Counted from the first letter of the stretch, positions 45,629 to 57,036 are shown. The stretch: DNA of 64,000 nt from Pseudomonadales bacterium (GCA_965263235.1 OZ253667.1:770189-834188), one strand, 5' to 3'. Translations and numbers: made by a program. Notes: generated from the sequence alone by a model not told the origin.

Positions 45629-47434
45629 ATGAGCTTGAGGCAAGCAGAATATTGGCGATTGCGCGTAATACTGGCGGGTGCTGGTTTGCTGCTTTTCGCG
45701 TTGTTCGGCCGATTGTTGCAGTTGCAGCTATCCGCCGAGCAGTTCGGTGCCGATTACCTGAAAGAGCAAAGCCAGCGACGAGTTGTCGCTTACGAAAAAA
45801 TATCTGGCATTCGGGGTGAAATCGTTGATCGCAAGGGGAGATTGCTTGCTTACAGCTCACCTACCAAGACGATTGGTTTGCGTCATGGCGTGATCGAGTT
45901 AAGTGAAGATGTGAAGAATGTAGTCGCGCTGGCTCTGGATTTAAACATCGAGCAACTGGATCAGCGCCTGGAAAGCAACGATAAGTTTGTTTATTTGCGT
46001 CGTCGCATGGATCCGCAAGAAGCGGATACTGCAGTTGCCTTTATAGAGAGCGAGCTTGGCCTCGATAAAGCCATTATGCGCAGCTTGCTGGACGTCGAGA
46101 TTGAATACAAGCGTTTTTACCCGGCGGGAGAGGTGGCAGCTCATATTGTCGGATTCACTAACGTTGAAGATCAGGGGCAGGAAGGTATTGAGCTTAGTTA
46201 CAACCGTTTTCTCGAAGGTGTTTTGGGTAAGCGTAAGGTTGTTCGAAATGGCAAGCGAAAAATAGTTGGTGAGACCAAGTTGCTGGACACCGCTCAAGCT
46301 GGGGAAAGAATCGAGCTCACTATCGACCTTCAGCTTCAAACTATCGCATTTAAAGAGTTAAAAGCGGTGGTTTCTGAGCACGGTGCTAAATCCGGTTCGT
46401 TGGTCATGCTGGATGTAGAGAGTGGTGATATCCTGGCGCTCGTTAGCCAGCCATCATACAACGTAAATGATCGCAGTGAGTTAACCCCAGAGCGTGTTCG
46501 CAATCGTGCACTGCTCGATGTGTTTGAGCCTGGTTCTACGGTGAAGCCGTTCACCTATGCGGTGGGTATCGAGCAAGGCAAATTTGATTTTTCTTCGCGG
46601 ATAGATACTTCTCCGGGGTTTATTCGTATCGATGGGTATCCCGTTTTTGATCCCTCTAATTACGCCGAAATAAGTGTTGCAGATGCGCTGGTGAAATCCA
46701 GCCAGGTGGGAACGGCAAAACTTGCCTTGTTGCTCGAGGGCGAAGAATTACGTGACACCTTACAAAAGGTAGGCTTTGGCGAGTTTTGTGCGATTGGTTT
46801 TCCTGGCGAGCAAATTGGTTACTTGCCCAGTCACAGACGATGGGCAGACAGCCATAAAGCGTCGCTGGGTTATGGTTACGGACTGGAAGTAAATGTGCTT
46901 CAGTTGGCCAGGGCATACTCCGTATTGGCAGCTGACGGCGTTAAGCGCCCCGTTCGCCTGGTCAGTGCCGTTGGTGATGAGCTTGTTGACGCAGAGCAGT
47001 TTGCCGATGTGCCAGTGATCGCGCCTGATGTTAGTCGTCAGGTTAGAGGTGTTTTGCGCGAGGTGGTCGAGCGGGGCACTGGCCGCAATGCCCAGGTATC
47101 AGGTTATAGCGTTGCGGGGAAAACCGGCACAGTGCATAAGGCCGCTGCGGGATCGTATCTAGAAGATGCATATCGTGCTACGTTTGCCGGGATGTTACCT
47201 GCCGATGAGCCTCGCTTGGTCGCGGTGGTGACTATCGAAGAACCGTCTGGGAAAAAATATTACGGTGGCGAAGTTGCCGCGCCGGTTTTTGCGCGCGTGA
47301 TGACTCAGGCGGCTCGCATACTTGGAATTCCCCCAGATGCAATAGATGTGCAAGGTTATGCCTCGCAGCAGTTAAGCGATAACAAGGTGTTAGCCAGTGC
47401 TTATCATCAGGTTGGGGAGGCTAAGGATGGATAA
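45629..47434 (+). CDS. ftsI: Penicillin-binding protein 3 (divisome transpeptidase)
   Basis: 601-aa ORF. SxxK = STVKP, KTG = KTGTVHK. The SxN position reads SSQ (see findings). Colinear with E. coli/Pseudomonas PBP3. Confidence 0.93.
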   Translation: MSLRQAEYWRLRVILAGAGLLLFALFGRLLQLQLSAEQFGADYLKEQSQRRVVAYEKISGIRGEIVDRKGRLLAYSSPTKTIGLRHGVIELSEDVKNVVALALDLNIEQLDQRLESNDKFVYLRRRMDPQEADTAVAFIESELGLDKAIMRSLLDVEIEYKRFYPAGEVAAHIVGFTNVEDQGQEGIELSYNRFLEGVLGKRKVVRNGKRKIVGETKLLDTAQAGERIELTIDLQLQTIAFKELKAVVSEHGAKSGSLVMLDVESGDILALVSQPSYNVNDRSELTPERVRNRALLDVFEPGSTVKPFTYAVGIEQGKFDFSSRIDTSPGFIRIDGYPVFDPSNYAEISVADALVKSSQVGTAKLALLLEGEELRDTLQKVGFGEFCAIGFPGEQIGYLPSHRRWADSHKASLGYGYGLEVNVLQLARAYSVLAADGVKRPVRLVSAVGDELVDAEQFADVPVIAPDVSRQVRGVLREVVERGTGRNAQVSGYSVAGKTGTVHKAAAGSYLEDAYRATFAGMLPADEPRLVAVVTIEEPSGKKYYGGEVAAPVFARVMTQAARILGIPPDAIDVQGYASQQLSDNKVLASAYHQVGEAKDG

Positions 47435-49112
47435 GTTCCGGTTTGAACAATTGGTGGTTCGCTACGAGCGTGAAGCAAACGATAGCTGCTATGGTGAGGA
47501 CGCTTTCGGTTGGAAGTTGGGAGCCTTCTTGCTAACGCTTTGTGAAGCAGATGAATTGCAAAAGCTGCTTGGTTCCTTAGACGAGCAACTGGCGGAACAG
47601 ATCTTTGATATCTACCTGACAAATATTTTTGCTGACAGCCGCAGGGTTGCTGATGGTGCTCTGTTTGTTGCGCTAGAAGGGGAGAGCGCGAACACCGAAG
47701 AAAATATTCAGGATGCGCTGGGCCGAGGTGCAGTGGCAATTTTCTCGTTCGCCGATAAAGAGATGTCGTTAGAACTGCTTGATGGCGCCGATGCCGGAAA
47801 AGTCGTTCCGAAAATTTCCTTTCCATCGCTGGCGAAGCGATTAAGCGCAATGGCAGCTTTGTTTTTTAATGCAAGAAATAGCGCAAATATTTTTGGGATT
47901 ACGGGTACCAACGGAAAGACAAGTTGTGCCTGGATGCTGGCAAATGCCTACTCGGGTTTAGAGCAGCGCTCGGCGATTATCGGAACTCTTGGTTATGGTT
48001 TTATCGACGGGGGTGGAGCGAATGACGGGGCGTCACTCGAGCAAACCGGATTTACCACGCCCGATGCGTTAGAAACCCAGCGTATTCTCGCGGATTTTGC
48101 GCAACGCCGTTGCGATGTGGTAGCGATGGAGGTGTCGTCTCACGCCCTGGTTCAGGGGCGCGTGGCAGCAGTGGATATCAAGACGGCGATTTTCACGAAT
48201 CTTAGCCATGATCATCTCGATTACCACTCAAGCATGGAGGCCTATGGTGATGTGAAAATGCAGCTGTTTAAAATGGATTCTGTGCAGTACGCGGCTGTGA
48301 ACCTGGATGATCCTTTTGCAAAAGTGTTAATAGCAAATTTAAACCCTTCTACAACATATCTTACGTATGCGATCGATAACGACAAGGCTGATGTAAGAGT
48401 GCTCGCGTCTCACTACGATAGTTCTGGTATCAGCGCGTCGATTCATACGCCGCTTGGTGAGCTGGCTATTCAGCTAAACCTGATTGGGCAGTTCAATTTG
48501 AGTAATGCGTTAGCGGTGATCGCAGGACTTTTGGTAAATGGACAACCTTTAGCGCAAATAGAGAGCGTTGTTAGATTGCTTTCTTCCCCGCCGGGTCGTG
48601 CCCAGCGAATTACTTTGCCGAATGACGATTTGGTAGTGAAGTCTACAAAGCGAGCAGACGAAGAAATTATAGCGGTCGTCGATTATGCGCATACGCCTGA
48701 TGCGCTTGAGAATATCCTGCTCGCGCTAAAAGCGCATTGCGCAGGCACGCTTTGGTGTGTTTTTGGCTGCGGCGGTGAGCGTGACAAAGCTAAGCGACCA
48801 TTAATGGCAAATATCGCAGAAGCAAATGCTGATCGAGTGATTGTTACGCGCGATAACTCTCGTTGCGAGCCGGTTGAGACGATATTTGATGATATATCTA
48901 AAGGGTTTTCACCAGGTTTCGAAGTGATTGTCGAGCCAGAGCGAGCGCAGGCGATATCGAAAGCCGTGCTAGATGCTAAAGAAGGCGATGTCGTTTTGAT
49001 CGCAGGCAAAGGTCACGAACAGTATATCGAGGAAGACGGCAAAAAAATCCCGTTTTCTGATGTCAATCATGTGGGTGACGCGCTTCGGCAGCGCATGGAG
49101 CGCGCGGCATGA
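47427..49112 (+). CDS. murE: UDP-N-acetylmuramoyl-L-alanyl-D-glutamate--2,6-diaminopimelate ligase
   Basis: ATG 47427 lies 6 nt after GGGGAGG and overlaps the ftsI stop by 8 nt. Contains GITGTNGKTS, MEVSSHAL, VDYAHTPDALE, FGCGGERD and GKGHE. Confidence 0.93.
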   Translation: MDKFRFEQLVVRYEREANDSCYGEDAFGWKLGAFLLTLCEADELQKLLGSLDEQLAEQIFDIYLTNIFADSRRVADGALFVALEGESANTEENIQDALGRGAVAIFSFADKEMSLELLDGADAGKVVPKISFPSLAKRLSAMAALFFNARNSANIFGITGTNGKTSCAWMLANAYSGLEQRSAIIGTLGYGFIDGGGANDGASLEQTGFTTPDALETQRILADFAQRRCDVVAMEVSSHALVQGRVAAVDIKTAIFTNLSHDHLDYHSSMEAYGDVKMQLFKMDSVQYAAVNLDDPFAKVLIANLNPSTTYLTYAIDNDKADVRVLASHYDSSGISASIHTPLGELAIQLNLIGQFNLSNALAVIAGLLVNGQPLAQIESVVRLLSSPPGRAQRITLPNDDLVVKSTKRADEEIIAVVDYAHTPDALENILLALKAHCAGTLWCVFGCGGERDKAKRPLMANIAEANADRVIVTRDNSRCEPVETIFDDISKGFSPGFEVIVEPERAQAISKAVLDAKEGDVVLIAGKGHEQYIEEDGKKIPFSDVNHVGDALRQRMERAA

Positions 49113-50572
49113 TTTCAGGCGTCACAGTTAAAAGTGCAATAGCGCTTGGGCATTTGAGTGCTTTGTCACTGAACGATCAGCAACTAAATGAATGGTCAAA
49201 TACTTCAGTCACCGGTTTTGGTGTGGATAGCCGTTTAATCAAAGAAGGTGAATTGTTTTTTGCGCTGAGTGGTGAACGAGTTGATGGTCACGAGTTTTTG
49301 GTATCGGCACGCGAGCGAGGCGCTATTGCTGCCGTTGTTGAGCGTGAGATGCCGGATGAGCTGCCTCAGATTAGCGTAGCAAATACCGCTACGGCACTCG
49401 CGCAATTTGCCGGCATTGTTCGAGAACATTTTTCCGGAACGCTAGTGGGGATTACCGGTAGCTCGGGTAAAACAACAATAAAAAATTTAGTCCGTGATCT
49501 TCTCGCGGAGGCGGGAAAGGTCTCAGCAACCGAGGGAAATTTAAATAACGAAATTGGTGTGCCGCTGACGATTGCAGCTATTGATGAGAATGCTGATTTT
49601 GCTGTAGTCGAAATGGGCGCTGCGCAGCAAGGGGACATTCAATACCTTGCAGAAATAGCGCGGCCGAATATTGCTCTGGTGAGTAATGTCGGGAATGCCC
49701 ATGTGGGGCGCTTTGGCAGCATCGATATTACTGCCAAAACAAAAGGGGAGATTTATCTAGGGCTGGGCGTCAATGATACGGCTGTCGTTAATCTGGATGA
49801 TGATTTTTCACTGCTTTGGCTTAAGTCAATTGATCAACTTGATAGCAAGCCCAAGGTGTTGAGTTTTTCATTGCACAATCCTGATGCGGGCATACATCTC
49901 TCTAACGATTATAAACAAACGCCGGGTAAGTTGGCATGTGTCGCCAATCGAAAAGCGCTTGGCGAACCTGGTGAGTCGTCCTTTTCATTTAAGCAGGTTT
50001 TGCCGGGCAGGCACGGCATGGCGAATAGCCTTGCAGCGATCGCGGTGGCAGTTGCCGCAGGTCTAAGTGATCAGCAGATTCAGTCGGGGTTTGACAAGGC
50101 TAGTGTTGAGTCCGCGGGAAGGCTGTCCCTAACGCGCGGCTTTAGCGGGTTTGACTTGATCGACGACAGCTATAACGCGAATCCCGAATCAATTCGAGCC
50201 GCTATTGAATATCTTGTGGCGCGCAGTAAGAGTGGACCGCGCACGTCAGTGCTGGTGCTGGGTGCAATGGCGGAGCTTGGAGAAAAATCTTCTCTGCTTC
50301 ATCGCGAGGTTGGCGCTTGTGCCGCACAGGCAGGGGTGGCTTTTTTATATTGCTGTGGTGATTATGCCGAGGACTATGCTTCCGGGTTTGAGCGCTACGC
50401 AGGCCATGGGCAAAAAGTATTTGTAAGCGAAAATCGCTCCGAGTTAATTACAGCACTGCGCGACGCAGTTACCGTTGATTCGGTAGTTTTGGTTAAAGGT
50501 TCACGCAGTTCTGCAATGGAAAAGGTTGTTGCAGCACTTGAAAGTACCGATGTGGAGATCGAATCTTGTTAA
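49109..50572 (+). CDS. murF: UDP-N-acetylmuramoyl-tripeptide--D-alanyl-D-alanine ligase
   Basis: 487-aa ORF. ATGA overlap with mur[27 protein letters not shown]. Confidence 0.93.
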   Translation: MISGVTVKSAIALGHLSALSLNDQQLNEWSNTSVTGFGVDSRLIKEGELFFALSGERVDGHEFLVSARERGAIAAVVEREMPDELPQISVANTATALAQFAGIVREHFSGTLVGITGSSGKTTIKNLVRDLLAEAGKVSATEGNLNNEIGVPLTIAAIDENADFAVVEMGAAQQGDIQYLAEIARPNIALVSNVGNAHVGRFGSIDITAKTKGEIYLGLGVNDTAVVNLDDDFSLLWLKSIDQLDSKPKVLSFSLHNPDAGIHLSNDYKQTPGKLACVANRKALGEPGESSFSFKQVLPGRHGMANSLAAIAVAVAAGLSDQQIQSGFDKASVESAGRLSLTRGFSGFDLIDDSYNANPESIRAAIEYLVARSKSGPRTSVLVLGAMAELGEKSSLLHREVGACAAQAGVAFLYCCGDYAEDYASGFERYAGHGQKVFVSENRSELITALRDAVTVDSVVLVKGSRSSAMEKVVAALESTDVEIESC

Positions 50573-51648
50573 TCTGGCTTGCTGAATATTTGCAACAGTT
50601 TATTCCCGGTATTGGAGTTATCCAGTATCTAACGATGCGAGCGATTCTTGGTACGTTGACGGCGCTGGGGATTTCGTTATTGCTGGGCCCCTGGGTTATT
50701 CGTACGTTACTAGCGCGCCAGTTGGGTCAGTCGATACGTACCGATGGCCCGCAATCGCATCTTGATAAAGCAGGTACGCCGACGATGGGCGGTGTTTTGA
50801 TACTGCTGAGTATTTGTCTAAGCACACTGCTTTGGGCAGATTTGAGTAACCGCTATGTGTTGGCAGTATTGTTCGTGACATTTACGTTTGGCCTGGTGGG
50901 CTGGATTGACGACTATCGAAAAATTATTGAAAGAAACTCGGCAGGCCTTTCTGCAGCAGCTAAATACAGTTTGCAGTCTGTTTTTGCTTTGATTGTTGTG
51001 ATCGGTTTGTATCTCACCCACGGCGACGTAGCAGAGCAATCCTTGATTGTGCCTTTCTTTAAAGATGTGTCTATCGACCTGGGCTGGTTCTATGTTGTGC
51101 TGGGATATTTCGTGATTGTAGGTGCAAGTAACGCCGTTAATCTAACGGATGGGCTTGATGGCCTGGCGATTTTGCCCACGGTGCTGGTCGGGGCAGCGCT
51201 AGGTTTGATTGCTTATTTGGTAGGGCATATCGAATTTTCTGGTTATTTAAATATTCCCTTTATTTATGGCGCGGGTGAGATGGTGATTTATTGCGGCGCG
51301 CTTGGCGGGGCGGGGCTAGGTTTTTTATGGTTTAACACCTATCCCGCACAGATTTTTATGGGCGATGTGGGTGCGTTGGCACTTGGCGCGGCACTTGGCG
51401 TGATGGCTTTGGTTACTCGTCATGAAATCGTTTTCTTTGTAATGTCGGGGATTTTTGTTGTCGAGACGTTATCGGTCATTATCCAGGTAAGTTCTTTTAA
51501 ATTGACCGGTAAGCGGGTTTTTCGTATGGCGCCGCTCCATCATCACTATGAATTGAAGGGATGGCCAGAGCCCAGGGTTATTGTGCGCTTTTGGATTATC
51601 ACTGTTGTTCTTGTGTTAGTCGGTTTAGCGACGTTGAAGTTGCGGTAG
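50566..51648 (+). CDS. mraY: Phospho-N-acetylmuramoyl-pentapeptide transferase
   Basis: 360-aa [53 protein letters not shown]. Confidence 0.95.
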   Translation: MLIWLAEYLQQFIPGIGVIQYLTMRAILGTLTALGISLLLGPWVIRTLLARQLGQSIRTDGPQSHLDKAGTPTMGGVLILLSICLSTLLWADLSNRYVLAVLFVTFTFGLVGWIDDYRKIIERNSAGLSAAAKYSLQSVFALIVVIGLYLTHGDVAEQSLIVPFFKDVSIDLGWFYVVLGYFVIVGASNAVNLTDGLDGLAILPTVLVGAALGLIAYLVGHIEFSGYLNIPFIYGAGEMVIYCGALGGAGLGFLWFNTYPAQIFMGDVGALALGAALGVMALVTRHEIVFFVMSGIFVVETLSVIIQVSSFKLTGKRVFRMAPLHHHYELKGWPEPRVIVRFWIITVVLVLVGLATLKLR

Positions 51649-51657
51649 TGGGATTTG

Positions 51658-53094
51658 ATGAACGCTGTTGCGAATAAATTTTCAATGTTGGATAGCGACG
51701 TTAGTCGCGTGGTCGTTGGGCTCGGTGCAACGGGTATTTCTACCATGCGCTATTTAAAAAAACAGGGCTGCGATTTTTCTGGCTACGATCAGCGTAGGCC
51801 TGATGACAATGCTGCATTTTGGCAGGACGTTGAAGAGCTGGTTAAACCTGACCGTTTAGTGTTTGATGCTGAAGGGCTAGCCGCGCTTGGCGAGGCCGAT
51901 ATTGTTTACTTAAGCCCGGGTATTGCGCCAGACGCAGACTGGATAAGCGCAAATATATCGCCCCAGGCGAAAATTAGCGGTGATCTTGATCTTTTTTCCC
52001 GTGCGTCGAAAGCGCCGGTTATTGCCATTACTGGTTCTAACGGAAAGAGTACAGTGGTGACGCTTGTGGGAAAAATGGCGGAAGCCTGCGGTGTCAACGT
52101 TGCGGTAGGCGGTAATCTTGGCACTCCGATGCTGGATTTGCTTGATGAAGCGGTAGAGCTATACGTGTTAGAGCTTTCGAGTTTTCAGTTGGAGCGAAGT
52201 GGTGACGTTGATGGTTATGGGTTGCGAGATCATGTCGCCTGTATTCTTAATTTGTCGGATGATCATCTCGATCGCCACGGTTCTATGTTTGCCTACCATG
52301 CGCAAAAGCAACGAATTTACCGTGGTGCAAAGTATGCGGTTTATTGTAGGGATGACAGGTTGACAGCGCCATTGTCCAGAGCCGACGTAAGGGAAGCGAG
52401 TTTTGGGTTTTCAAGGCCTGTTGGGCCAGATCAGTTGGGTTTCGAGCAAGAAGAAGGCGCCTTGCTCGCAAAGTGCGGCTCGGAGATTTTGTTTGATGCG
52501 ACCAAGGTTGCTTTATTGGGCAAGCATAATCTGCTTAACGCTCTTGCTGCCTTTGCAATAGGCGATGCAATCGGCCTTCCGCGAGACAAGATGCGGGAAG
52601 CGCTCTACGCGTTTAAAGGTTTGGCGCACAGAAGCGAGCTGGTTGCGACGATTAACGGAGTCCGGTTCGTCAATGACTCTAAGGCTACGAATGTTGGCGC
52701 CGCAATTGCAGCGTTAGATGGACTTAGCGAAAGTGTCAAAGGGGGGGTCACTCTCATTGCCGGTGGCGTTGGAAAAGGCGCCGATTTTTCTTCTTTGATT
52801 GATGTGTGTCGCAATAACAATGTACGCCTGATTGTTTTGGGGGAGGCGGCAGATGAACTGGTTGCGTTGGCTGGGCAATCAAGTCAATCAAGTGGTGAGC
52901 TGGTTTGTCATCGAGTAGAGACACTGGTTCAGGCTGTTGATCTCGCTTACCAAAACGCCCAGAAAGATGATGTAGTACTGTTGGCGCCCGCGTGTGCAAG
53001 CTTCGACATGTTTGATAACTTCCAGCATCGCGGGGACTGCTTTAAGCAGGCTGTTGAGGCTGTCGCTGAAGCGCAGGAGGTTGCAAGTGAATAG
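51658..53094 (+). CDS. murD: UDP-N-acetylmuramoylalanine--D-glutamate ligase
   Basis: VVGLGATGIS, ITGSNGKSTV, NDSKATN. ATG 51658 is one codon after the track's TTG. Confidence 0.93.
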   Translation: MNAVANKFSMLDSDVSRVVVGLGATGISTMRYLKKQGCDFSGYDQRRPDDNAAFWQDVEELVKPDRLVFDAEGLAALGEADIVYLSPGIAPDADWISANISPQAKISGDLDLFSRASKAPVIAITGSNGKSTVVTLVGKMAEACGVNVAVGGNLGTPMLDLLDEAVELYVLELSSFQLERSGDVDGYGLRDHVACILNLSDDHLDRHGSMFAYHAQKQRIYRGAKYAVYCRDDRLTAPLSRADVREASFGFSRPVGPDQLGFEQEEGALLAKCGSEILFDATKVALLGKHNLLNALAAFAIGDAIGLPRDKMREALYAFKGLAHRSELVATINGVRFVNDSKATNVGAAIAALDGLSESVKGGVTLIAGGVGKGADFSSLIDVCRNNNVRLIVLGEAADELVALAGQSSQSSGELVCHRVETLVQAVDLAYQNAQKDDVVLLAPACASFDMFDNFQHRGDCFKQAVEAVAEAQEVASE

Positions 53095-54328
53095 TTATTC
53101 GCAGCTTGGCCCGCGCGATAAATTGGCCGGTGTGCTCAGGGTCGATGATTTTGAATGGCGGCTTTATCGCATTGATTGGCTATGCCTTGTCGCATTAGTC
53201 ATGTTGTTAGGTTTAGGTGTGGTGATGATTGGTTCTGCTTCAATGGAGTACGCCTCGCTGAATCTTGGCAATGAAAACTATTTTCTAATCCGGCACATCA
53301 TTTATTTAACAGTTGCATGTATTGCCGCCTTCGTATGTTTGATGGTGCCGATGCACATGTGGCAGTGGCTTGCTCCTGCATTGTTAGTTGTCGGCGTAAT
53401 TGCGTTGGCGGCGATTTTGGTGCCAGGTGTTGGTTATGAAAATAAGGGTGCAACAAGATGGCTTCGCGTAGGCGGATTTACCCTGCAAATTTCCGAGCTG
53501 GTGAAGTTTGCGTTGATTATGTATTTATCTAGCTATCTTGTGCGCCAGCGAGAGTTAATAGCGACCACATTCGTCGGCTTTTTAAATCCGTTGATCGTGA
53601 TTAGCGTGATTGTTGTTTTGCTTTTGGCGGAGCCGGATTTTGGCTCGGTCGTTGTATTGCTAGGTGCATCGCTTGGACTTTTGTTTTTGGGTGGCGTAAA
53701 GGTATGGCAATTTGCGTTGCTGATGCTGGTAAGTGTTGGGTCGATGGTGCTTATGATCTTTAGTGAAGACTACCGCCGCGACCGATTTTTTGCCTATCTG
53801 GATCCCTGGGCGCATCGTCAAGAGGGTGGCTATCAGCTGATTGAATCACTTATCGCATTTGGTCGTGGAGAATGGCTTGGAAGTGGGCTTGGGAATGGCA
53901 TGCAAAAGCAATTTTATCTTCCAGAGGCCCATAACGATTTTATTTTTGCTGTGTTGTCTGAAGAGTTGGGTTTTCTGGGCAGCAGTTTGGTAATCGTTTT
54001 ATTTGCGCTTTTACTTTATCGCATTGTTTCGATAGCAAGAAGTGCGGAGCTTATGGATCAGCTGTTCGTCGCGTTTTACTGCTATGGCGTTGCGCTCGTT
54101 ATTTTTATTCAGTTGTTTATTAATTTGGGCGTAAATACCGGCATGCTGCCAACTAAAGGTTTGACGCTTCCGTTTTTAAGCTATGGCGGCACTAGCCTGC
54201 TCGTTTCCTGTTGCATGATGGCTGTCGTTTTGCGAGCGAATCATGAAATGGTTGAGTTGCTTGGCGCCAAGAATGAGCGTAAAGGTCGAGTGCTGAATAC
54301 CGCGCTTTCTGTACGGCAGATGCAATGA
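53087..54328 (+). CDS. ftsW: Peptidoglycan glycosyltransferase FtsW (SEDS family)
   Basis: GTG 53087 lies 6 nt after AGGAGG and overlaps the murD stop. Contains QISELVKF, EPDFGS, LPEAHNDFIF and PFLSYGGTS. The track's earlier start (52994) lies inside murD. Confidence 0.9.
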   Translation: MNSYSQLGPRDKLAGVLRVDDFEWRLYRIDWLCLVALVMLLGLGVVMIGSASMEYASLNLGNENYFLIRHIIYLTVACIAAFVCLMVPMHMWQWLAPALLVVGVIALAAILVPGVGYENKGATRWLRVGGFTLQISELVKFALIMYLSSYLVRQRELIATTFVGFLNPLIVISVIVVLLLAEPDFGSVVVLLGASLGLLFLGGVKVWQFALLMLVSVGSMVLMIFSEDYRRDRFFAYLDPWAHRQEGGYQLIESLIAFGRGEWLGSGLGNGMQKQFYLPEAHNDFIFAVLSEELGFLGSSLVIVLFALLLYRIVSIARSAELMDQLFVAFYCYGVALVIFIQLFINLGVNTGMLPTKGLTLPFLSYGGTSLLVSCCMMAVVLRANHEMVELLGAKNERKGRVLNTALSVRQMQ

Positions 54329-55449
54329 GCTTAGTTAATGACGACAAAGCGAAAGTGCTCGTGGCTGCCGGTGGAACTGGCGGACATGTTTTCCCAGCGC
54401 TTGCAGTATGCGAAGTTTTGCAGCAGGCGCACGTGCCCGTGGTATGGGTTGGCACCGCTGCGGGGCTTGAGTCGAAAGTGGTTCCGGAAGCAGGTATACC
54501 AATGCATTTGATTGACGTCGTGGGCTGGCGTGGAAAACCTTTGATAGGTCGATTGAAGGCGCCGTTCTTGATTCTGTCAGCCTGTTTTTCTTTGATTAAG
54601 TTAATGCGAAAAGAACGTATCGCAGTGGTATTAGGTTTGGGTGGTTTTGTATCGGCCGCAGCCGGAATAACGGCAGCGTTGATGAGAAGGCCATTGCTGA
54701 TACAGGAGCAGAACGCGGTTATGGGGTCAACCAATCGCCTGTTGCGGCCCTTTGCAAAAAAAATATTTGCGGGTTTTCCTGCGGCGGCGGGCAGCAATCG
54801 CAAAGCGATATTTTCCGGGAACCCTGTTCGCCGTAGCTTTGTTGGTGATGCAGTCAAAAACAGGCAATATCCACATAAGGGGCAGTCTTTGCGATTGTTG
54901 ATTGTTGGTGGAAGCCTGGGCGCGCGCCCCTTGAATAATTTGTTACCAAAAGCGCTGATGTTGTTTTGCCAAAGTCTACCTGATGGCCAGCGGCTCGAGG
55001 TTGTTCATCAAACTGGCAAATACGATTATGACGCGGTAAATCAGGCATATTTGTCGATTAACAATAACGCATCTAAATTCGATATCACGGTCACGCCATT
55101 TATTTCGGACGTAGCCGGTGAGATGGAAAAAGCGCATTTGATGATTGGTCGCGCAGGTGCATTGAGTGTTTCAGAATGTTTGGTAATGGGCTTGCCCGCT
55201 ATTTTGGTGCCGTTGCCCCACGCAATTGATGATCATCAAACTGCAAATGCACAGGTGTCAGTAGATAAAGGCGCAGCAATCATGATTCAGCAAGCCGATC
55301 TTAATGAGCAAGTCATGGCAAGCGCTATTGAACGTTGTGTTTTAAATAAAGATTACTGGTTAAGTATGTCGGCTGCAGCGCAGGCGCTGGCGCGGCCAGA
55401 TGCTGCGAATGTTGTTGCAAAGGCCTGTATAGAGTACGCCAATGTCTGA
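54325..55449 (+). CDS. murG: Undecaprenyldiphospho-muramoylpentapeptide beta-N-acetylglucosaminyltransferase
   Basis: 374-aa ORF. ATGA overlap with fts[37 protein letters not shown]. Confidence 0.93.
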   Translation: MSLVNDDKAKVLVAAGGTGGHVFPALAVCEVLQQAHVPVVWVGTAAGLESKVVPEAGIPMHLIDVVGWRGKPLIGRLKAPFLILSACFSLIKLMRKERIAVVLGLGGFVSAAAGITAALMRRPLLIQEQNAVMGSTNRLLRPFAKKIFAGFPAAAGSNRKAIFSGNPVRRSFVGDAVKNRQYPHKGQSLRLLIVGGSLGARPLNNLLPKALMLFCQSLPDGQRLEVVHQTGKYDYDAVNQAYLSINNNASKFDITVTPFISDVAGEMEKAHLMIGRAGALSVSECLVMGLPAILVPLPHAIDDHQTANAQVSVDKGAAIMIQQADLNEQVMASAIERCVLNKDYWLSMSAAAQALARPDAANVVAKACIEYANV

Positions 55450-56908
55450 GTTAAATGACAATAAATTTCCTGAGCACTCGTTGAGTGAGATGGTTGCCGT
55501 TAGTTCGTCGCCAATGCGACGAATGCAGCGCATACATTTTATTGGGATTGGCGGCGCGGGTATGTGTGGCATTGCGGAGGTCCTGATCAACCAGGGTTTC
55601 CAGGTTAGCGGCTCAGACCAACAGAGTAGTTTTACAACGGATAGGCTTAGTGGTTTAGGCGCCACAATATACATTGGCCATAAAGCAGGGAATATCGATG
55701 ATGTTGACGCGGTTGTGGTATCGACCGCTATCCCGCAAGACAACAGCGAATTTGTCGCGGCTCAAGAAAAAGGGCTTGCGATCGTGCCTCGCGCAGAGAT
55801 GCTTGCTGAGTTAATGCGCTTTCGCTACGGAATTGCGGTTGCTGGTACGCACGGGAAAACGACTACTACAAGTCTTATCGCTTCAATTTTTGGTGAGGCG
55901 AATGCGGCACCTACATTTGTAATTGGCGGTTTGTTAAATGCCGCGAATGCAAACGCGCAACTGGGAAGTGGCCGTTATTTTATTGCCGAGGCGGATGAGA
56001 GCGATGCGTCTTTTTTGCATCTGCAGCCAATGGTTTCGGTGATTACTAATATTGAAGCCGAGCATATGGATACCTATGGCGGTGACGTGGAGCGATTGCA
56101 GTCGACGTTTATAGAGTTTGTGCACAACTTACCGTTTTATGGCGTGGTGGTCGTGTGTATTGATGATCCTACTGTTCAGCTAGTTAAAGGTAAGTTTCAT
56201 CGCACAGTTGTCACCTACGGATTTTCGCAAGACGCGCAGTATCGAATTGCCGATTATCGCTGTGAGGCTTTGCGTAGCCACTTTAATGTCTATTGTCCTG
56301 GGCAGCCGAATCCGCTTCACGTCACTGTCAATATGCCGGGTGCACACAATGTCCTTAATGCCACAGCTGCTTTGGCTGTAGCGCGTGAAGAGGGGCTGGA
56401 CGATGCAACTATTTTGCGAGCATTAGAGCAATTTCAAGGAGTGGGTCGACGCTTTAATGTTTTTCATCGCCAGATGTTTGCTGGCAAACGTTTTACTCTG
56501 GTTGATGACTATGGCCATCACCCTAGCGAAGTTGCCGCCACGTTAAAGGCTGCTCGTGAAGCATGGCCAGAATCAAGGATTGTGATGTTGTTCCAGCCGC
56601 ATCGATATACGAGAACGCGCGATTTATACGAAGATTTTGTAATAACGCTTAGTCAGGTGGATGCGTTGCTTTTGCTGGACGTATACAGTGCTGGTGAAGA
56701 TGTTATAGCAGGCGCAGATGCAAAAAGTTTAGCGCGGTCGATACGTCAGCGAGAAGCGGTAGAGCCTGTTTATATAGAGAGTAAAGAGCAGTTGGGAAAG
56801 GTTTTAGCAGCTGTAATTAAGGATGACGATATTGTTATATTTCAGGGTGCTGGAGATATTGGTAAATTTTCGGCACAAATGACTAACGGTGAAATAAAGT
56901 GGCAATAA
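55442..56908 (+). CDS. murC: UDP-N-acetylmuramate--L-alanine ligase
   Basis: 488-aa [42 protein letters not shown]. Confidence 0.93.
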   Translation: MSELNDNKFPEHSLSEMVAVSSSPMRRMQRIHFIGIGGAGMCGIAEVLINQGFQVSGSDQQSSFTTDRLSGLGATIYIGHKAGNIDDVDAVVVSTAIPQDNSEFVAAQEKGLAIVPRAEMLAELMRFRYGIAVAGTHGKTTTTSLIASIFGEANAAPTFVIGGLLNAANANAQLGSGRYFIAEADESDASFLHLQPMVSVITNIEAEHMDTYGGDVERLQSTFIEFVHNLPFYGVVVVCIDDPTVQLVKGKFHRTVVTYGFSQDAQYRIADYRCEALRSHFNVYCPGQPNPLHVTVNMPGAHNVLNATAALAVAREEGLDDATILRALEQFQGVGRRFNVFHRQMFAGKRFTLVDDYGHHPSEVAATLKAAREAWPESRIVMLFQPHRYTRTRDLYEDFVITLSQVDALLLLDVYSAGEDVIAGADAKSLARSIRQREAVEPVYIESKEQLGKVLAAVIKDDDIVIFQGAGDIGKFSAQMTNGEIKWQ

Positions 56909-57036
56909 ACGTGGTCAAGATGCTTGCATATGAGGTATTATTCGTCTAACGAATTTTATTTGTGACAATGCATTATATTAGTGGTTACTAACTTTTATCT
57001 TGTTATTGGTGATCGATTTGATGCTGGAATATCGGG

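Noticed and set aside
47407-47850. 147-aa minus-strand ORF
   Set aside because: It is antisense to the murE 5' region, has an Arg/Pro/His-rich composition and shows no family resemblance.
54192-54857. 221-aa ORF on the minus strand, the longest unassigned ORF in the track
   Set aside because: It is entirely antisense to ftsW/murG, whose identities are unambiguous. Its product is low-complexity and Ala/Pro/Thr/Arg-rich, as expected from the reverse frame of a GC-richer gene. It has no start context.
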